Positions 41,217 through 52,583 of a DNA stretch of 64,000 nucleotides are shown piece by piece. Every line of letters begins with the position of its first letter. Within the stretch, counting starts at the first letter, position 1. Source of the stretch: an uncultured delta proteobacterium. GTDB taxonomy: Bacteria; Myxococcota_A; Polyangia; Haliangiales; Haliangiaceae. Where the stretch lies: the NCBI GenBank assembly GCA_963743525.1, contig CAVUQH010000003.1, positions 512,001-576,000 of the forward strand. The letters are read 5' to 3'. The position numbers were made by a program, and so were the translations under genes. Below the pieces are notes generated by a model. It did no database searches, was not told where the DNA came from, and worked only from the letters and a program-made list of their open reading frames with translations.

Positions 41217-43151
41217 ATGATCCACCCCATCCCCACCCGCTTCCTCGCGCTGGTGCTGGCGCTGGCCGCTTGCGGCACGCCGGCGCCCACCGGCGACGTG
41301 TGCAAACCGGGCGCGCAGCGCTGTCAGGAGAACACGTACCAGGAATGCGCCGACGACGGCGCCAGCTGGGTGACCCGCGCCGACTGCAGCGGCACCGATC
41401 AGGTGTGCGTGGTCGGCGAGGGCTGCCTGGCGTGCCAGCCGGACATCCGCACCTGCGGCGACGACGGCTTGCAGATCCTCCGCTGCGCTCCCGACGGCAG
41501 CCACTACGATCCGATCGCCACCTGCGACCCGGCCAACGACGAGCTCTGCTACGGCGGCTCGTGCCTCAACGCCTGCCAGCTGGCCGCCGACTCGCGCAGC
41601 TACGAGGGCTGCGAGTATTACGCGGTCAACCTCGACAACGCGGTCATCGCCGACCAGGGCACGGCGGCGGCGCAGCAGTTCTCGGTGGTGCTGTCCAACG
41701 CCAGCAAGCTGACCGCCCGCGTGCAGGTCGAGATCTGGTGCAACGCCGACGACGCCGCCAACCCGGTGTTCGGCTGCACCGAGGGCCAGCCGTGGGTGGT
41801 CGACGAGTTCCAGCTGGCGCCCGGTGGGCTGAAGATCGTCGACCTCGACCCGCGCGAGGTCAACGGCACCAGCTCGCCCGAGCTCAACGACGGCCCGGGA
41901 ACGTTCCGCTCCAAGCACGCCTTCCACATCGTCTCCAGCGCGCCGCTGATCGCCTACCAGTTCAACCCGCTCGACAACGTCAACGTCTTCTCCAACGACG
42001 CGTCGCTGCTGCTTCCCACCGACGCGCTGGCCGATCGCTACATGGTGCTCAGCTGGCCGCAGACCCTGGCCACCACCGACGACGGCATGACCAACGCCGG
42101 CATCGACCTGCGCGCGTTCCTGACCATCGTCGGCACCGCCGCCGACACCTTCGTCACCGTGCGGCTGTCAACCCGCATCCTCGGCGGCGCCGACATCCCC
42201 GAGGCGCAGGCCGGCGACACCATCACCTTCGACCTGCAGCCGTTCGAGGTGGTCAACCTCGAGACCGACGACTTCAACGCCGACTTCACCGGCACCACGG
42301 TGCAGTCCGACGACGTCACCAAGCCGGTGGCGGTGTTCACCGGCAGCGAGGCATCCGACGTGCCGCGGTTCGACTCGTTCCTCGAGCGCAGCTGCTGCGC
42401 CGACCACATGGAGCAGCAGCTGTTCCCCGAGGTCGAGCTGGGTACTCAGTTCGTGGCGGTCAAGACCCCGCTGCGGTCCAAGTACGTCGAGGCCGGCGGC
42501 TGGGACGTGGCGGTGGTGCCCGACGAGCCCGAGTACTGGCGCATCGTCGCCACCCGCGAGGACACCTCGGTCGTCACCAACCTGCCGGCGCCCAACGACC
42601 AGTTCCTGCTCCAGCGCGGGCAGTCGGTGATCTTCGACAGCGAGCGAGACTTCGTCGTGTCGTCAACCGGGCCGATCGCGTTCGGCCAGTTCCCGGTCGG
42701 CCAGCAGGCCACCGGCATCCCGTTGACGCTGCAGGGCGGCGTCCGCCCGCCCGGCGGCGACCCGTCGTTCATCCTGGTGCCGCCGGTCCAGCAGTGGCGC
42801 TCGGACTACCTGTTCCTGGTGCCCAACAAGTACGCCTTCGACTTCCTGCTCCTGGCGGTGCCGGTCGGCACCACGCTGTTCTACGACGGGCTGCTGCTGG
42901 AGACGGTGCTCGACTGCGAGTACGAGCCGATCGGCACGCTCACCGACGGCAGCAACACCACCGAGTACGAGGCGATCCGCTGCCCGCTGTCGGCGCCGAC
43001 GCCGGCCGGCCCGGGGTTGCAGGACGACGGCGTGCACACCCTGACCAGCGCCGGCGGCCAGCCGTTCGGGCTGGTGGTGTGGGGCTGGGACAGCTACGTC
43101 TCGTACGGCTACCCGGGCGGCAGCAACGTCGCGCTGATCAACGTCAATTGA
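41217..43151 (+). CDS. IgGFc-binding domain lipoprotein with Cys-rich N-terminus
   Basis: LAAC lipobox; SYEGCEYYAVNLDN, AYQFNPLDN...SNDASLLLP, DHMEQQLFP, GDPSF, SYGYPGG. Confidence 0.88.
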   Translation: MIHPIPTRFLALVLALAACGTPAPTGDVCKPGAQRCQENTYQECADDGASWVTRADCSGTDQVCVVGEGCLACQPDIRTCGDDGLQILRCAPDGSHYDPIATCDPANDELCYGGSCLNACQLAADSRSYEGCEYYAVNLDNAVIADQGTAAAQQFSVVLSNASKLTARVQVEIWCNADDAANPVFGCTEGQPWVVDEFQLAPGGLKIVDLDPREVNGTSSPELNDGPGTFRSKHAFHIVSSAPLIAYQFNPLDNVNVFSNDASLLLPTDALADRYMVLSWPQTLATTDDGMTNAGIDLRAFLTIVGTAADTFVTVRLSTRILGGADIPEAQAGDTITFDLQPFEVVNLETDDFNADFTGTTVQSDDVTKPVAVFTGSEASDVPRFDSFLERSCCADHMEQQLFPEVELGTQFVAVKTPLRSKYVEAGGWDVAVVPDEPEYWRIVATREDTSVVTNLPAPNDQFLLQRGQSVIFDSERDFVVSSTGPIAFGQFPVGQQATGIPLTLQGGVRPPGGDPSFILVPPVQQWRSDYLFLVPNKYAFDFLLLAVPVGTTLFYDGLLLETVLDCEYEPIGTLTDGSNTTEYEAIRCPLSAPTPAGPGLQDDGVHTLTSAGGQPFGLVVWGWDSYVSYGYPGGSNVALINVN

Positions 43152-43215
43152 CCGACATCGACTGAATCGTTTTGCCGCGCCGCGCGTTGGTAGGGCAGGC
43201 AGGAGGATTCGAGTC

Positions 43216-43422
43216 GTGGAATTGCGCGCATTCGCGGTCTGTCGCCGCTGTTACGAAGCCCATCCGGCGTCGCTCGATTGTCCCTATTGCGCCGGCATCT
43301 GGCCGCGCGACGGCGAGCTCGGCGGGCAGACGCTGCCGGGCCCCGGCGCCACTCCCGTCCGGAGCAGCCGCGTCGCCGAGGGCGCGGGCAACCGGGCTGT
43401 TCCTTTGTCCTCGCGCCGTTAG
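43216..43422 (+). CDS. Small Zn-finger-like protein (68 aa)
   Basis: AGGAGG 9 nt before GTG; CRRC-x9-CPYC. Confidence 0.5.
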   Translation: MELRAFAVCRRCYEAHPASLDCPYCAGIWPRDGELGGQTLPGPGATPVRSSRVAEGAGNRAVPLSSRR

Positions 43423-43720
43423 CGACCGCCGTCCGGGAGCTCCCCGACGGGGGCTTGGTGGGCAGTTGCCCGGTTTACTCCCACCGACAGGGTGCCGAGG
43501 TGGGTGTGTTCTCGGTACTGACGGCTACATGTGCGCGACGCAGGGCGCCGACTTGATTGAACGGCCTGAACGTACCGGGGAATACCGTCATGGAAACCGG
43601 TGTGCCTGTCGGAACGACAAGTACATCGGGTGTCGCCGCGCAGGCCACACCTGTTCGATCGCGCTGGCCCTCCGGACTCCCTCTTGCTTCGTCTGTCCGT
43701 GCCGCCGGGCAGGAGGAAGT

Positions 43721-45265
43721 ATGTCTCACCCGTTCTCTGGATCCGTCTTTTCGGCGATTGCGATCGCCGCCGCACTGGGCACGTCGGCGTGCGTGCTCGA
43801 GGCTTCCGGCCCCGAGCAGACGAACGACAACGGCACCGGAACGCTGGAATCGTGGAATAGCTCGACTCGTCACGGCTTCGAGGTCTGGTTCAACAACACC
43901 TACGGCGGCGAGAAGTTCTTCGCCTTCCTCGCGCAGAACCCCGACGAGTCCCATCGGAATCAGGTCGGCTTCGACGCGGTGGTCAACACCCCGCGCAACG
44001 TTCGCTTCGACACCTGGGGCGTGGTCAACGACCCGGGCTGCTACGCCGACCCCAACGGCGGGCCCGACATCTGCTCCGATCCCGAGAGCAGCGGCGTCAT
44101 CGGCATCCGCAAGAAGGTCCAGGCCGACGGCACCGTGCTCTACGGCGTCGCCTGCGCCGCCTGCCACGCCGGCTTCAGCCCGACGCTGCCGCCGCGGGAT
44201 CCCAACGATCCCAAGTGGTGGAACATCCATCCGACGATCGGCAACCAGTACCTCGACCTGGGCGCGATCTTCGCCGCCAACCTGGCGCCGACCGACCCGC
44301 GCGCGCTGATGTTCGCCGCCTGGCCCAAGGGCACCGTCGACACCACGCTGCTGTTCAGCGACGACATCATGAACCCGGGCGTCATCACCGCGTTCTGGGA
44401 TCACGCCGACCGGCCCACCTTCGACGTCGGCACCGGCACGCCCCAGCTGCGCAACGGCCAGGGCGGCGAGGACGACGTCGGCGGGCCGCTGGCGGCGACT
44501 CGCGTCTACACCAACATCGGCGTCTGCTTCGCCGAGTGCACGGCGCCGGCGGTGGCCACCGGCCAGCCGATCGACGTCAACGCCTGCCGGCAGAGCTGCC
44601 CCGACTTCCCGCCGCAGCGGGATCTCGACGATCTGGCCGAGTTCCTCGACTCGGTGCGGGCGCCCCGCTACCCCGGCTGGCGCGAGCGGGACAGCGCCGA
44701 GTACGACCGCGGCGCGCAGGTGTTCCACGACAACTGCGCCTCGTGCCACGACGACTCGAACAGCGCGCTGACCAACGACCAGGTCATCTCCCTGGCCGCC
44801 GACCCCAGCCAGAACACCAACATCTGCCGCTCGCTGACCAGCAACTGGGAGCGCGGCAAGCTGTGGGCCGACTTCTCGTCCGAGGTGTACAAGCTGCGCG
44901 TCGAGACCGGCGCGCGCGGCTACCGCGTCATGCCGCTCACCGGCATCTGGGCGACGGCGCCGTTCATGCACAACCAGTCGATCGGCAGCTGGGCGCCGGC
45001 CGACGCGTCGTACCAGGAGCGCGGCCAGGTCTACGAGCAGTCGATGCGCGAGCTCTTGAGCGCCGACCGCGTGCCCAAGATGAACGTGCTGCCGTTCGCG
45101 CTGGGGCCGTTCCCCGCCGGCACGCCGCTCACCTACGTGTTCAGCCGCGACGCCGCCGGCAACCTTCTGTGCGCCGACGCAGTCGAGAACCACGGACACT
45201 ACTACGGGTCGGATCTGTCGAACGACGACAAGGAAGCCCTGATCCACTGGCTCAAGTTCCAGTAG
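43721..45265 (+). CDS. Di-heme cytochrome c lipoprotein (CCP/RoxA-like superfamily)
   Basis: AGGAGG RBS; TSAC lipobox; CAACH and CASCH; GYRVMPLTGIWATAPFMHN; ENHGHYYG...KEALIHWLK. Confidence 0.85.
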   Translation: MSHPFSGSVFSAIAIAAALGTSACVLEASGPEQTNDNGTGTLESWNSSTRHGFEVWFNNTYGGEKFFAFLAQNPDESHRNQVGFDAVVNTPRNVRFDTWGVVNDPGCYADPNGGPDICSDPESSGVIGIRKKVQADGTVLYGVACAACHAGFSPTLPPRDPNDPKWWNIHPTIGNQYLDLGAIFAANLAPTDPRALMFAAWPKGTVDTTLLFSDDIMNPGVITAFWDHADRPTFDVGTGTPQLRNGQGGEDDVGGPLAATRVYTNIGVCFAECTAPAVATGQPIDVNACRQSCPDFPPQRDLDDLAEFLDSVRAPRYPGWRERDSAEYDRGAQVFHDNCASCHDDSNSALTNDQVISLAADPSQNTNICRSLTSNWERGKLWADFSSEVYKLRVETGARGYRVMPLTGIWATAPFMHNQSIGSWAPADASYQERGQVYEQSMRELLSADRVPKMNVLPFALGPFPAGTPLTYVFSRDAAGNLLCADAVENHGHYYGSDLSNDDKEALIHWLKFQ

Positions 45266-45348
45266 CGCTCTCCTCCTGCAAGAGAACCTGCGTCGCCGCG
45301 GGTCGCGTGGTCATGGCCGCGCGGCCCGCGGCGCGTTAGTCTGGGCCC

Positions 45349-45858
45349 ATGGAGATCAGGCGCGCCCGCAGGAACGACCTCGACGGACTACTCGAGCTCC
45401 ACCGCGCCCTGGACGCGCACGTCTCCGCGGTCAACGAGCGGCTGTGGCGCGCGCCAGCGGTCGGCGTCGCCTACTACGCCGAGCGCCTCGCCGACGAAGA
45501 CCACCGCCTCGTCGTCGCCACCGACGGCGATCGACTGAGCGGCTACGCCGTCGGCCGGGTCGGCGTTCGCCCGGCGCCGCCGGTGCTGGTCGGCTCGATC
45601 GATCACGCCTACGTCGTCCCCGACTGCCGCTGTCGCGGCGTCGGCCACGCGCTCATTCGCGAGCTGATGTCGTTCTTCGACCGCCGCGGCGTCCTCGACC
45701 TGACCCTCCACGTCGCCGCCGGCAACCGCGAGGGCGAGCGCTTCTGGTACAGCCTCGGCTTCGAGCCGATGCTGATCAACGCCAACGCCACCCCCGGCAC
45801 GGTCCGCCGCGCCCTCGACGCGGCTCGATCGTCGCGCGCGCCCGTCGCCGAGGTGTGA
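45349..45858 (+). CDS. GNAT N-acetyltransferase
   Basis: YVVPDCRCRGVGHALI, N.EGERFWYSLGF. Confidence 0.9.
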   Translation: MEIRRARRNDLDGLLELHRALDAHVSAVNERLWRAPAVGVAYYAERLADEDHRLVVATDGDRLSGYAVGRVGVRPAPPVLVGSIDHAYVVPDCRCRGVGHALIRELMSFFDRRGVLDLTLHVAAGNREGERFWYSLGFEPMLINANATPGTVRRALDAARSSRAPVAEV

Positions 45859-45861
45859 GCG

Positions 45862-46038
45862 CTAGCGTTCGCGGCGGGCGCGGACGTAGCCACCCAGGGC
45901 GCTGGCGCCGATCAGGGCGAGGATGGTGACGCCCACCGTGTCGCCGCCGGTGATGCCCAGGACGATCGCGGCGCCGATCAGGCCGATGCCGACGATCAGG
46001 GCCAGCCACTGGCCGAGGTTGCTGTCGTCATCGCTCAT
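45862..46038 (-). CDS. Small two-TM membrane protein (58 aa)
   Basis: MSDDDSNLGQWLALIVGIGLIGAAIVLGITGGDTVGVTILALIGASALGGYVRARRER; below the ORF-track cutoff; directly after tatD. Confidence 0.7.
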   Translation of the reverse strand: MSDDDSNLGQWLALIVGIGLIGAAIVLGITGGDTVGVTILALIGASALGGYVRARRER

Positions 46039-46059
46039 CGCGACGAGGAGAGCACGGGC

Positions 46060-46857
<798 letters not shown>

Positions 46858-46878
46858 GATCCGACTCCGGCGGAGCGG

Positions 46879-47835
46879 CTAGCTCGGGTTCGAGGTGCGG
46901 CGCAGGTGAGCGATGAGATCGGTGTGGACGCTCTTGACCGCGTTCTCGATCGCTTCGTGCTGCAGCTCGGGCAGGTACTTGGCGCGGAAGGTGGCGCGCG
47001 GCACCTGGACCTTGGCGCCACCGGTCAGGAACGACAGCATCTTGCCGCGCTCGTTGGAGATGGTGACGCGAATTTCGCACTCGATCTCGATCCACTTGCC
47101 GCGGGCGACACGATCGAGCTTGGTGATCGACAGGTCGATCGAGTTGTGCGCCAGGCCCAGGGACTGGGCTTCACCCTGGCTCAGGGTGACGTCGGACTGG
47201 GCGCGCAGCTCGCGCAGCATGAAGCCGCGCATCTGCTCGGCGCGCTGCTTGCGCAGCGCCTTGGTCGCGCGGTTGTGCGACTCGTCGGCGGTCGAGTGCA
47301 TGGCGATGAACAGCGTCGGCTCCGGGCCGATGCGCTTGGGGTCGTTGCCAAAGCCAGCGTGGCGGGTGCTGCGCGTCGCCCGGCGCGTGTCGCGGCGCGC
47401 AGTGCGCGTATTGGTACGGCTGCCCGCGTTGCGAATGCTGGCGACCGCTTCGACCGCGCGCTTGCGCACCAGCGCGTCGTGATCGCGGGTAGCGCGCTGC
47501 AGCGCCGGCAGCGCGGCGTCGTTGCCGAGGTAGCCGAGGGCGGTGGCGGCGACGGCGCGCACCACGCGGTTGTCGTCGTCGAGCGCGTGGACCAGCGGCT
47601 TGAGCGCGCGCGGATCCTTGAGCCGGCCGAGCGACACCGCCGCGGAGATGCGCGTCTTGGCATCCTTGGAATGGATCAGCGTGCGCGCCAGCGTGTGTAC
47701 GCGATCGGCGTGGGCGGACCCGGCGGCCAGAATCAGCGCGACGAAGAAGGCCAGCGCGATGGCGACGCGGCGTGCAAGACGATCGTCGGTATGAGAGAGA
47801 GTCGTTACTTGCACGTTGCTGCGCCCGGGCTCCAT
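46879..47835 (-). CDS. Secreted HEAT/PBS-lyase repeat protein
   Basis: Signal ending AHA; repeats RISAAVSLG, VRAVAATALG, VRKRAVEAV. Confidence 0.85.
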   Translation of the reverse strand: MEPGRSNVQVTTLSHTDDRLARRVAIALAFFVALILAAGSAHADRVHTLARTLIHSKDAKTRISAAVSLGRLKDPRALKPLVHALDDDNRVVRAVAATALGYLGNDAALPALQRATRDHDALVRKRAVEAVASIRNAGSRTNTRTARRDTRRATRSTRHAGFGNDPKRIGPEPTLFIAMHSTADESHNRATKALRKQRAEQMRGFMLRELRAQSDVTLSQGEAQSLGLAHNSIDLSITKLDRVARGKWIEIECEIRVTISNERGKMLSFLTGGAKVQVPRATFRAKYLPELQHEAIENAVKSVHTDLIAHLRRTSNPS

Positions 47836-48007
47836 TACGATTAAGACAGCTCGCGATGTAGTTCGTCAATCTTTCGCACGATCGCCGCTGCTAACGATCC
47901 ACGCTTCGCGCACTTGCCGCCTTTTGCGGTACGCTAGTCTCCGATTTCCGGAGGGGTGTGGGCTGCAGACCTACTCGGTCTGACACGTCCGGAGTTACGA
48001 ACTCGCG

Positions 48008-48883
48008 ATGACCACGAAACCATCGAGCTCGGACAACGCGATTGCTGCCGGAGGCGCTGCGCTGGCGTTGCTCGTCGGCGTGTTGCTCTTCTACCTTCGC
48101 TTCTGCGGCTCGGTGGCGGTTCCCGCGCGTCCGCCCGAGCGGCCGTTGATGGCCGTTGACACCGAGCAGGCGACCGCGTCACTCGATGCCAATCGCGAGG
48201 TGTTTCGCCAGCGCATCGACTCGGACGCGCAGCGCTATCGCGTGTCGCCAGCGCCGGCGCTCGCCGATCTCGAGCAGTCGATGCCATTCCACGAGGCGAC
48301 GCGGCGGATCGAGCTGAGCCCGGGCAAAGGTGGCCCCGTCGAGGTCGCCGGTCTGCGATTGCAGGCGATCCATCAGGGCCACGTACTGGCGCTGAAGATC
48401 GAGAATCTGGGCGACCACCCGGTCGCCTATCGCGTTGACACCCGTCCGGCGCTCGGTCACCGCGCCTGCCGGCACAAGGAGACGCTGCCGTTCAACGCCA
48501 TGGCCCTGCGCGAGAAGGGCAACCCGGCGGCCGTCGCGGTGCGCAGCGAGTGCGTCTACAAGCGCGGCAAAGGGCTCGTGATCACGCGGGTCGAGACGGT
48601 TCAGCTGCCGATGTTGTCGTACTACTACGTCAGCCGTTTGGAACCGTCGAGCGTCGGGCTCAGCGACGACGCGGTCCGCGGCCATCGTCCCCCGGAGGGG
48701 CCAGCCTGTCAGCGCAGCCTGTCCGTGGCCCAGGAGGCCCAGATGCGCGGCGGGCAGACGACCTGGCGAGATCTGATCGATTTCTACGCTCGCCACTCCT
48801 GCGAGGCGTATCGGTTCCCCAATGATTACAAAGCAGTAGCTCCTGGGAAGACGATCGAGTTGCCCGCGGTCCAGCCGGAGTAG
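48008..48883 (+). CDS. Hypothetical single-TM protein
   Basis: N-terminal TM, YLRFC; C-terminal WRDLIDFYARHSC. Confidence 0.7.
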   Translation: MTTKPSSSDNAIAAGGAALALLVGVLLFYLRFCGSVAVPARPPERPLMAVDTEQATASLDANREVFRQRIDSDAQRYRVSPAPALADLEQSMPFHEATRRIELSPGKGGPVEVAGLRLQAIHQGHVLALKIENLGDHPVAYRVDTRPALGHRACRHKETLPFNAMALREKGNPAAVAVRSECVYKRGKGLVITRVETVQLPMLSYYYVSRLEPSSVGLSDDAVRGHRPPEGPACQRSLSVAQEAQMRGGQTTWRDLIDFYARHSCEAYRFPNDYKAVAPGKTIELPAVQPE

Positions 48884-49009
48884 GCAGCGCTCCTGCAGGG
48901 AAAGAGGAAGCGATATCAAGCGTTTGGCACTTGCATCGCGCCGAGCGGCTCTTGTAGAGTTTCCAGAACGTTACGGACTTTCGTCCGCCAGACCCCATTG
49001 CGTAGCATC

Positions 49010-49345
<336 letters not shown>

Positions 49346-49356
49346 TCGAGCCCGAG

Positions 49357-51255
49357 TCAGTTTCCGCAGACGACGAGCCCCGCGCCCCCGTCGACCAGGA
49401 TAGGTGCGCCCGGCGTCAGCCCGTCGGCGACGCCGCGGGCGCCGACCACGCACGGGATGCCGAGCTCGCGGGCCAGCGCCGCTGCGTGACCCAGGGCGCC
49501 CCCGTGCTCACACACCAGCGCGACGGCGCCGCCCAGCAACACCGCCGACGCCGGGCTGACCGCGCGCGCCACGGCGACCGCGCCGGCCGGGACCGCGGTG
49601 CGCGCCCCCGGCATCAGTGGGAAGGCCGGCCCGCGGGCGCGCCCGCCGCTGCCGCGGCCGCGAAAGACCCCGGTCGCGGGCGGCTCGTCATCGGCGGCGC
49701 CGTCGCGGATCACCAGCGGCATGCGATAGGTCACCTGCACCGCGCGGCGCGCTCGCGCCGTGCGAGCGGCGGCGGTGATGGCGTCGGCTGGCAGCCGCGC
49801 GGCGTCGTCGAGGGAGACGTAGAAGATGTCGTCGACCCGGGCCAGGCCGACGGCGCGCGCCCGGGCCAACAGCGCGCGGCGGACCAGCGCCTGGGCGCGG
49901 GCGTAGTAGAGATCGTCCTCCTCACCGATGGCCACCGCCGCGGCGGCAGCATCGTCGTCGACCGCGGCGAGGTCACCCTCCGCACGGAGGCGGCGCGCGG
50001 CGACGGCGGCGTCGACCAGCGCCGGTGACTCGGCGTAGGTCGGCGCCGCCAGATCCCACTCCGGGGCCATGGCGCCGACGTGCCGCAGCAGCTGGTCGCG
50101 ATCGATCTCGCCGCGGGCCGCGCGGTCGAGCCAGGCGCCGACACCGCGACTGATGCGCGCCGGAAGCGCGGCTCCGGGATGGGCGCGACGTGCGGCCGCG
50201 AGCAGCGGCGCCAGCTCGCGGGCGTAGATGCGATAGACCTCGTCGTGGGCGGCCAGAGCGGCCTCGAGCGGCGGCGCCGGCTCGGCTTCGAGTGCCGCCA
50301 TCGCCGCGTCCATGCGCGCGGCCAGCCGTTCGAACTCGCGCCACAGCGCGGGTGCGTTCAGCGCTGGCGCGTCGTCCGGCGGCGTCTGTTGGTAGTACAG
50401 GTAGCCGGCGATCACCCGCATGCGCGCCGGCGCCAGTCCGGCGGCGTCGACGCGCGCGACCAGCGACGCGTGTGCCGGCGACAGCGGATCCGGGTTGTGG
50501 CTGGCGTCCCAGCGCCAGACACCGGCGGGGGCGTCGACCAGCGCGCTCGGTGGCAGCGGCCGGCGCCGCGCGTCGGCCGGGGGATGAACGATCGGCCGCG
50601 CTTGCACGAGCACGAACCGCTCGCCGGTCCAGACCCACTCGACGTCGGCGCCGGAGTCGGCACCGATGGCGAGCTCGGCGTCGATCGCAAGCGCCACCAG
50701 CGCCCGAAGGTCGTCCGCTGCCAGCGGCAGCGCCGGGTCGACGTCGATCGGCTCGCCGGCGCGACTGGTCTCGGCGGCGCGCGCGCCGGGTGCGCACTCC
50801 ACTCGCGCGCGGTCGCCATCGGGCTCGCCGGGCAAGCGGGTGTAGACCACGCCGCGCACGCCGGCGAGCTGCTCTTGCACCAGCACCGCCATCTCGCCGA
50901 GCGCCCGCCCGCGCATGCGCGCATAGGCCCGCGCCGCGTCGCTGTCGGTCGAGGCCCACACCGCGCGCACCGCCGCGGCCACCTCGCTGGCCGGGACATC
51001 GCGCACCGAGGTGTAGATTCCGGGTGCCGCCGCGCCGGCGCTGTCTTCGCCGGCCGCTGACGAGCGCACCACCAGCGGCTCGGTCAACGTCGCCGCCGCA
51101 GTCACCGCGGCGCTGGTATCGCCGGCCGCCCGGGCCCGCGAAAGCAGAACGAAACCGCGAGGAACCGGCAGACCCGCCGCGGCCAGCGCGACCAGGTTGG
51201 CGGCCTTGCCACCGATCTCGGTGCGCGGGCGCGGGACTCGCACCAGCTCCGACAT
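49357..51255 (-). CDS. PEP/pyruvate-binding plus PEP-utilising mobile domain phosphotransferase (Rph-like architecture)
   Basis: GGKAANL, VPRGF, VRSSA..ED, DVEW, VQARPI; C-terminal GGALGHAAALARELGIPCV with phospho-His; start could be 51282. Confidence 0.88.
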   Translation of the reverse strand: MSELVRVPRPRTEIGGKAANLVALAAAGLPVPRGFVLLSRARAAGDTSAAVTAAATLTEPLVVRSSAAGEDSAGAAAPGIYTSVRDVPASEVAAAVRAVWASTDSDAARAYARMRGRALGEMAVLVQEQLAGVRGVVYTRLPGEPDGDRARVECAPGARAAETSRAGEPIDVDPALPLAADDLRALVALAIDAELAIGADSGADVEWVWTGERFVLVQARPIVHPPADARRRPLPPSALVDAPAGVWRWDASHNPDPLSPAHASLVARVDAAGLAPARMRVIAGYLYYQQTPPDDAPALNAPALWREFERLAARMDAAMAALEAEPAPPLEAALAAHDEVYRIYARELAPLLAAARRAHPGAALPARISRGVGAWLDRAARGEIDRDQLLRHVGAMAPEWDLAAPTYAESPALVDAAVAARRLRAEGDLAAVDDDAAAAAVAIGEEDDLYYARAQALVRRALLARARAVGLARVDDIFYVSLDDAARLPADAITAAARTARARRAVQVTYRMPLVIRDGAADDEPPATGVFRGRGSGGRARGPAFPLMPGARTAVPAGAVAVARAVSPASAVLLGGAVALVCEHGGALGHAAALARELGIPCVVGARGVADGLTPGAPILVDGGAGLVVCGN

Positions 51256-51304
51256 CGAGACGACGATTTCGCGCTCCACCATCCCCTTGATACAATATCT
51301 ACTC

Positions 51305-52099
51305 GTGGCTCGCCCGCTCGTCGTCGTATCCGTGGCCGTGGCGGCCGTGTTCGCCGTGGCCAGCCAGCCCGCCCGGGCCGATCGGGTGCGCCCGGCGGAG
51401 ACGGTCAAGAGCCGCGCGGTCAGCGCCTTCCACCCGGACCTGAAAGAGGTGTCCAAGCTGACCAAGGAGGCGCTGCTGGTCTCGGACAGGCACGGCTCGA
51501 TGGGCAAGAACAAGCTGGTCGGCGGCTACCCACTGGCCGACGACAAGGGCTTCGCCCTGCGCTTCTACTGGTTGGCGATGCAGGACCGCCACGACGACGA
51601 CTACGACGACGATCAGGTCAACGTCTACACCGAGGACGGCTTCTACCTGGGCACCTTCGCCGACAGCTTCGTGCACGCGCTGCGGCTCGAGGGCTCGGGC
51701 CTGCTCAACGACGGCCGCGTGATCAACTACGCCGGTCGCTGTCGCTACGGCATCGGCACCTGCTTCCACCAGCTCGACAAGCGGACCCACCCATTCGGTC
51801 GCGGCGCCGGTCGGCGCGCGCTGATCCCGTTCAAGTCGGTCGCCATCGACCCGCGGGTGGTGCCGATCGGCGAGCCGCTGTACATCCCCGAGCTCGACGG
51901 ACTGCGCATGCCCGACGGGACCATCCACGACGGCTGCGTGCGCGCCGACGATACCGGCGGCGGCATCAAGAAGCACAAGATGGACTTCTTCGTGGTCTCG
52001 TACGGCAACTTCCGCTACTTGCTCAGCGAGATGACCGACGCCGGCTGGATCACCCCGTACATCGAAGATCCGCGCTGCGACTACCTGCGCCAGCGCTGA
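51305..52099 (+). CDS. 3D domain (MltA-like) cell-wall protein
   Basis: Signal peptide; VAIDPRVVPIG, ADDTGGGIK, MDFF. Confidence 0.88.
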   Translation: MARPLVVVSVAVAAVFAVASQPARADRVRPAETVKSRAVSAFHPDLKEVSKLTKEALLVSDRHGSMGKNKLVGGYPLADDKGFALRFYWLAMQDRHDDDYDDDQVNVYTEDGFYLGTFADSFVHALRLEGSGLLNDGRVINYAGRCRYGIGTCFHQLDKRTHPFGRGAGRRALIPFKSVAIDPRVVPIGEPLYIPELDGLRMPDGTIHDGCVRADDTGGGIKKHKMDFFVVSYGNFRYLLSEMTDAGWITPYIEDPRCDYLRQR

Positions 52100-52133
52100 A
52101 CCGGCGCGGCGCCAACTGTGCTAGAAACGCGCC

Positions 52134-52583
52134 GTGCGCGCGCTGTTCCTCAACCAGACCGTTGACGCCGTCGAAGCGGCGCTCGCCGGTGCCGGCACCA
52201 GCGGTCGAATCGCGGTCATCGACTGGCCCAGGCTGAGCGCGCGCCTGGCCGAGCGCGGGCGCGAGGTGCTGACCATCGCCGGCAAGCCGCGGTCGCTGCG
52301 GCGCGCGACCGGCGAGCGGTTGTACGGCGACATCGCCCGGCTGCCGCTGACCGACGGCGCCCTGGGGGCCGTGGTCGCTCCGGGCGTGGGCGAGCGCGAC
52401 GACTGGGAAGCGGTCATGGGCGAGCTGTCGCGCGCGCTGGGCGACGGCGGCGCGCTGGTCATGGTCGACCGCGCACCCGCCACCGAGCTGACCCGCCGCG
52501 CGCTGTGCGGCGGTCTGGTCGAGGTCGAGCAGCGAGTCGCCGGCCGCACCGTCGTCACCAGCGGCCGCGTCATGGCCCTCTAA
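52134..52583 (+). CDS. Short methyltransferase-fold protein
   Basis: GDIARLPLTDG, ELSRALGDGGALVMVD; no clear GxG motif I. Confidence 0.55.
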   Translation: MRALFLNQTVDAVEAALAGAGTSGRIAVIDWPRLSARLAERGREVLTIAGKPRSLRRATGERLYGDIARLPLTDGALGAVVAPGVGERDDWEAVMGELSRALGDGGALVMVDRAPATELTRRALCGGLVEVEQRVAGRTVVTSGRVMAL

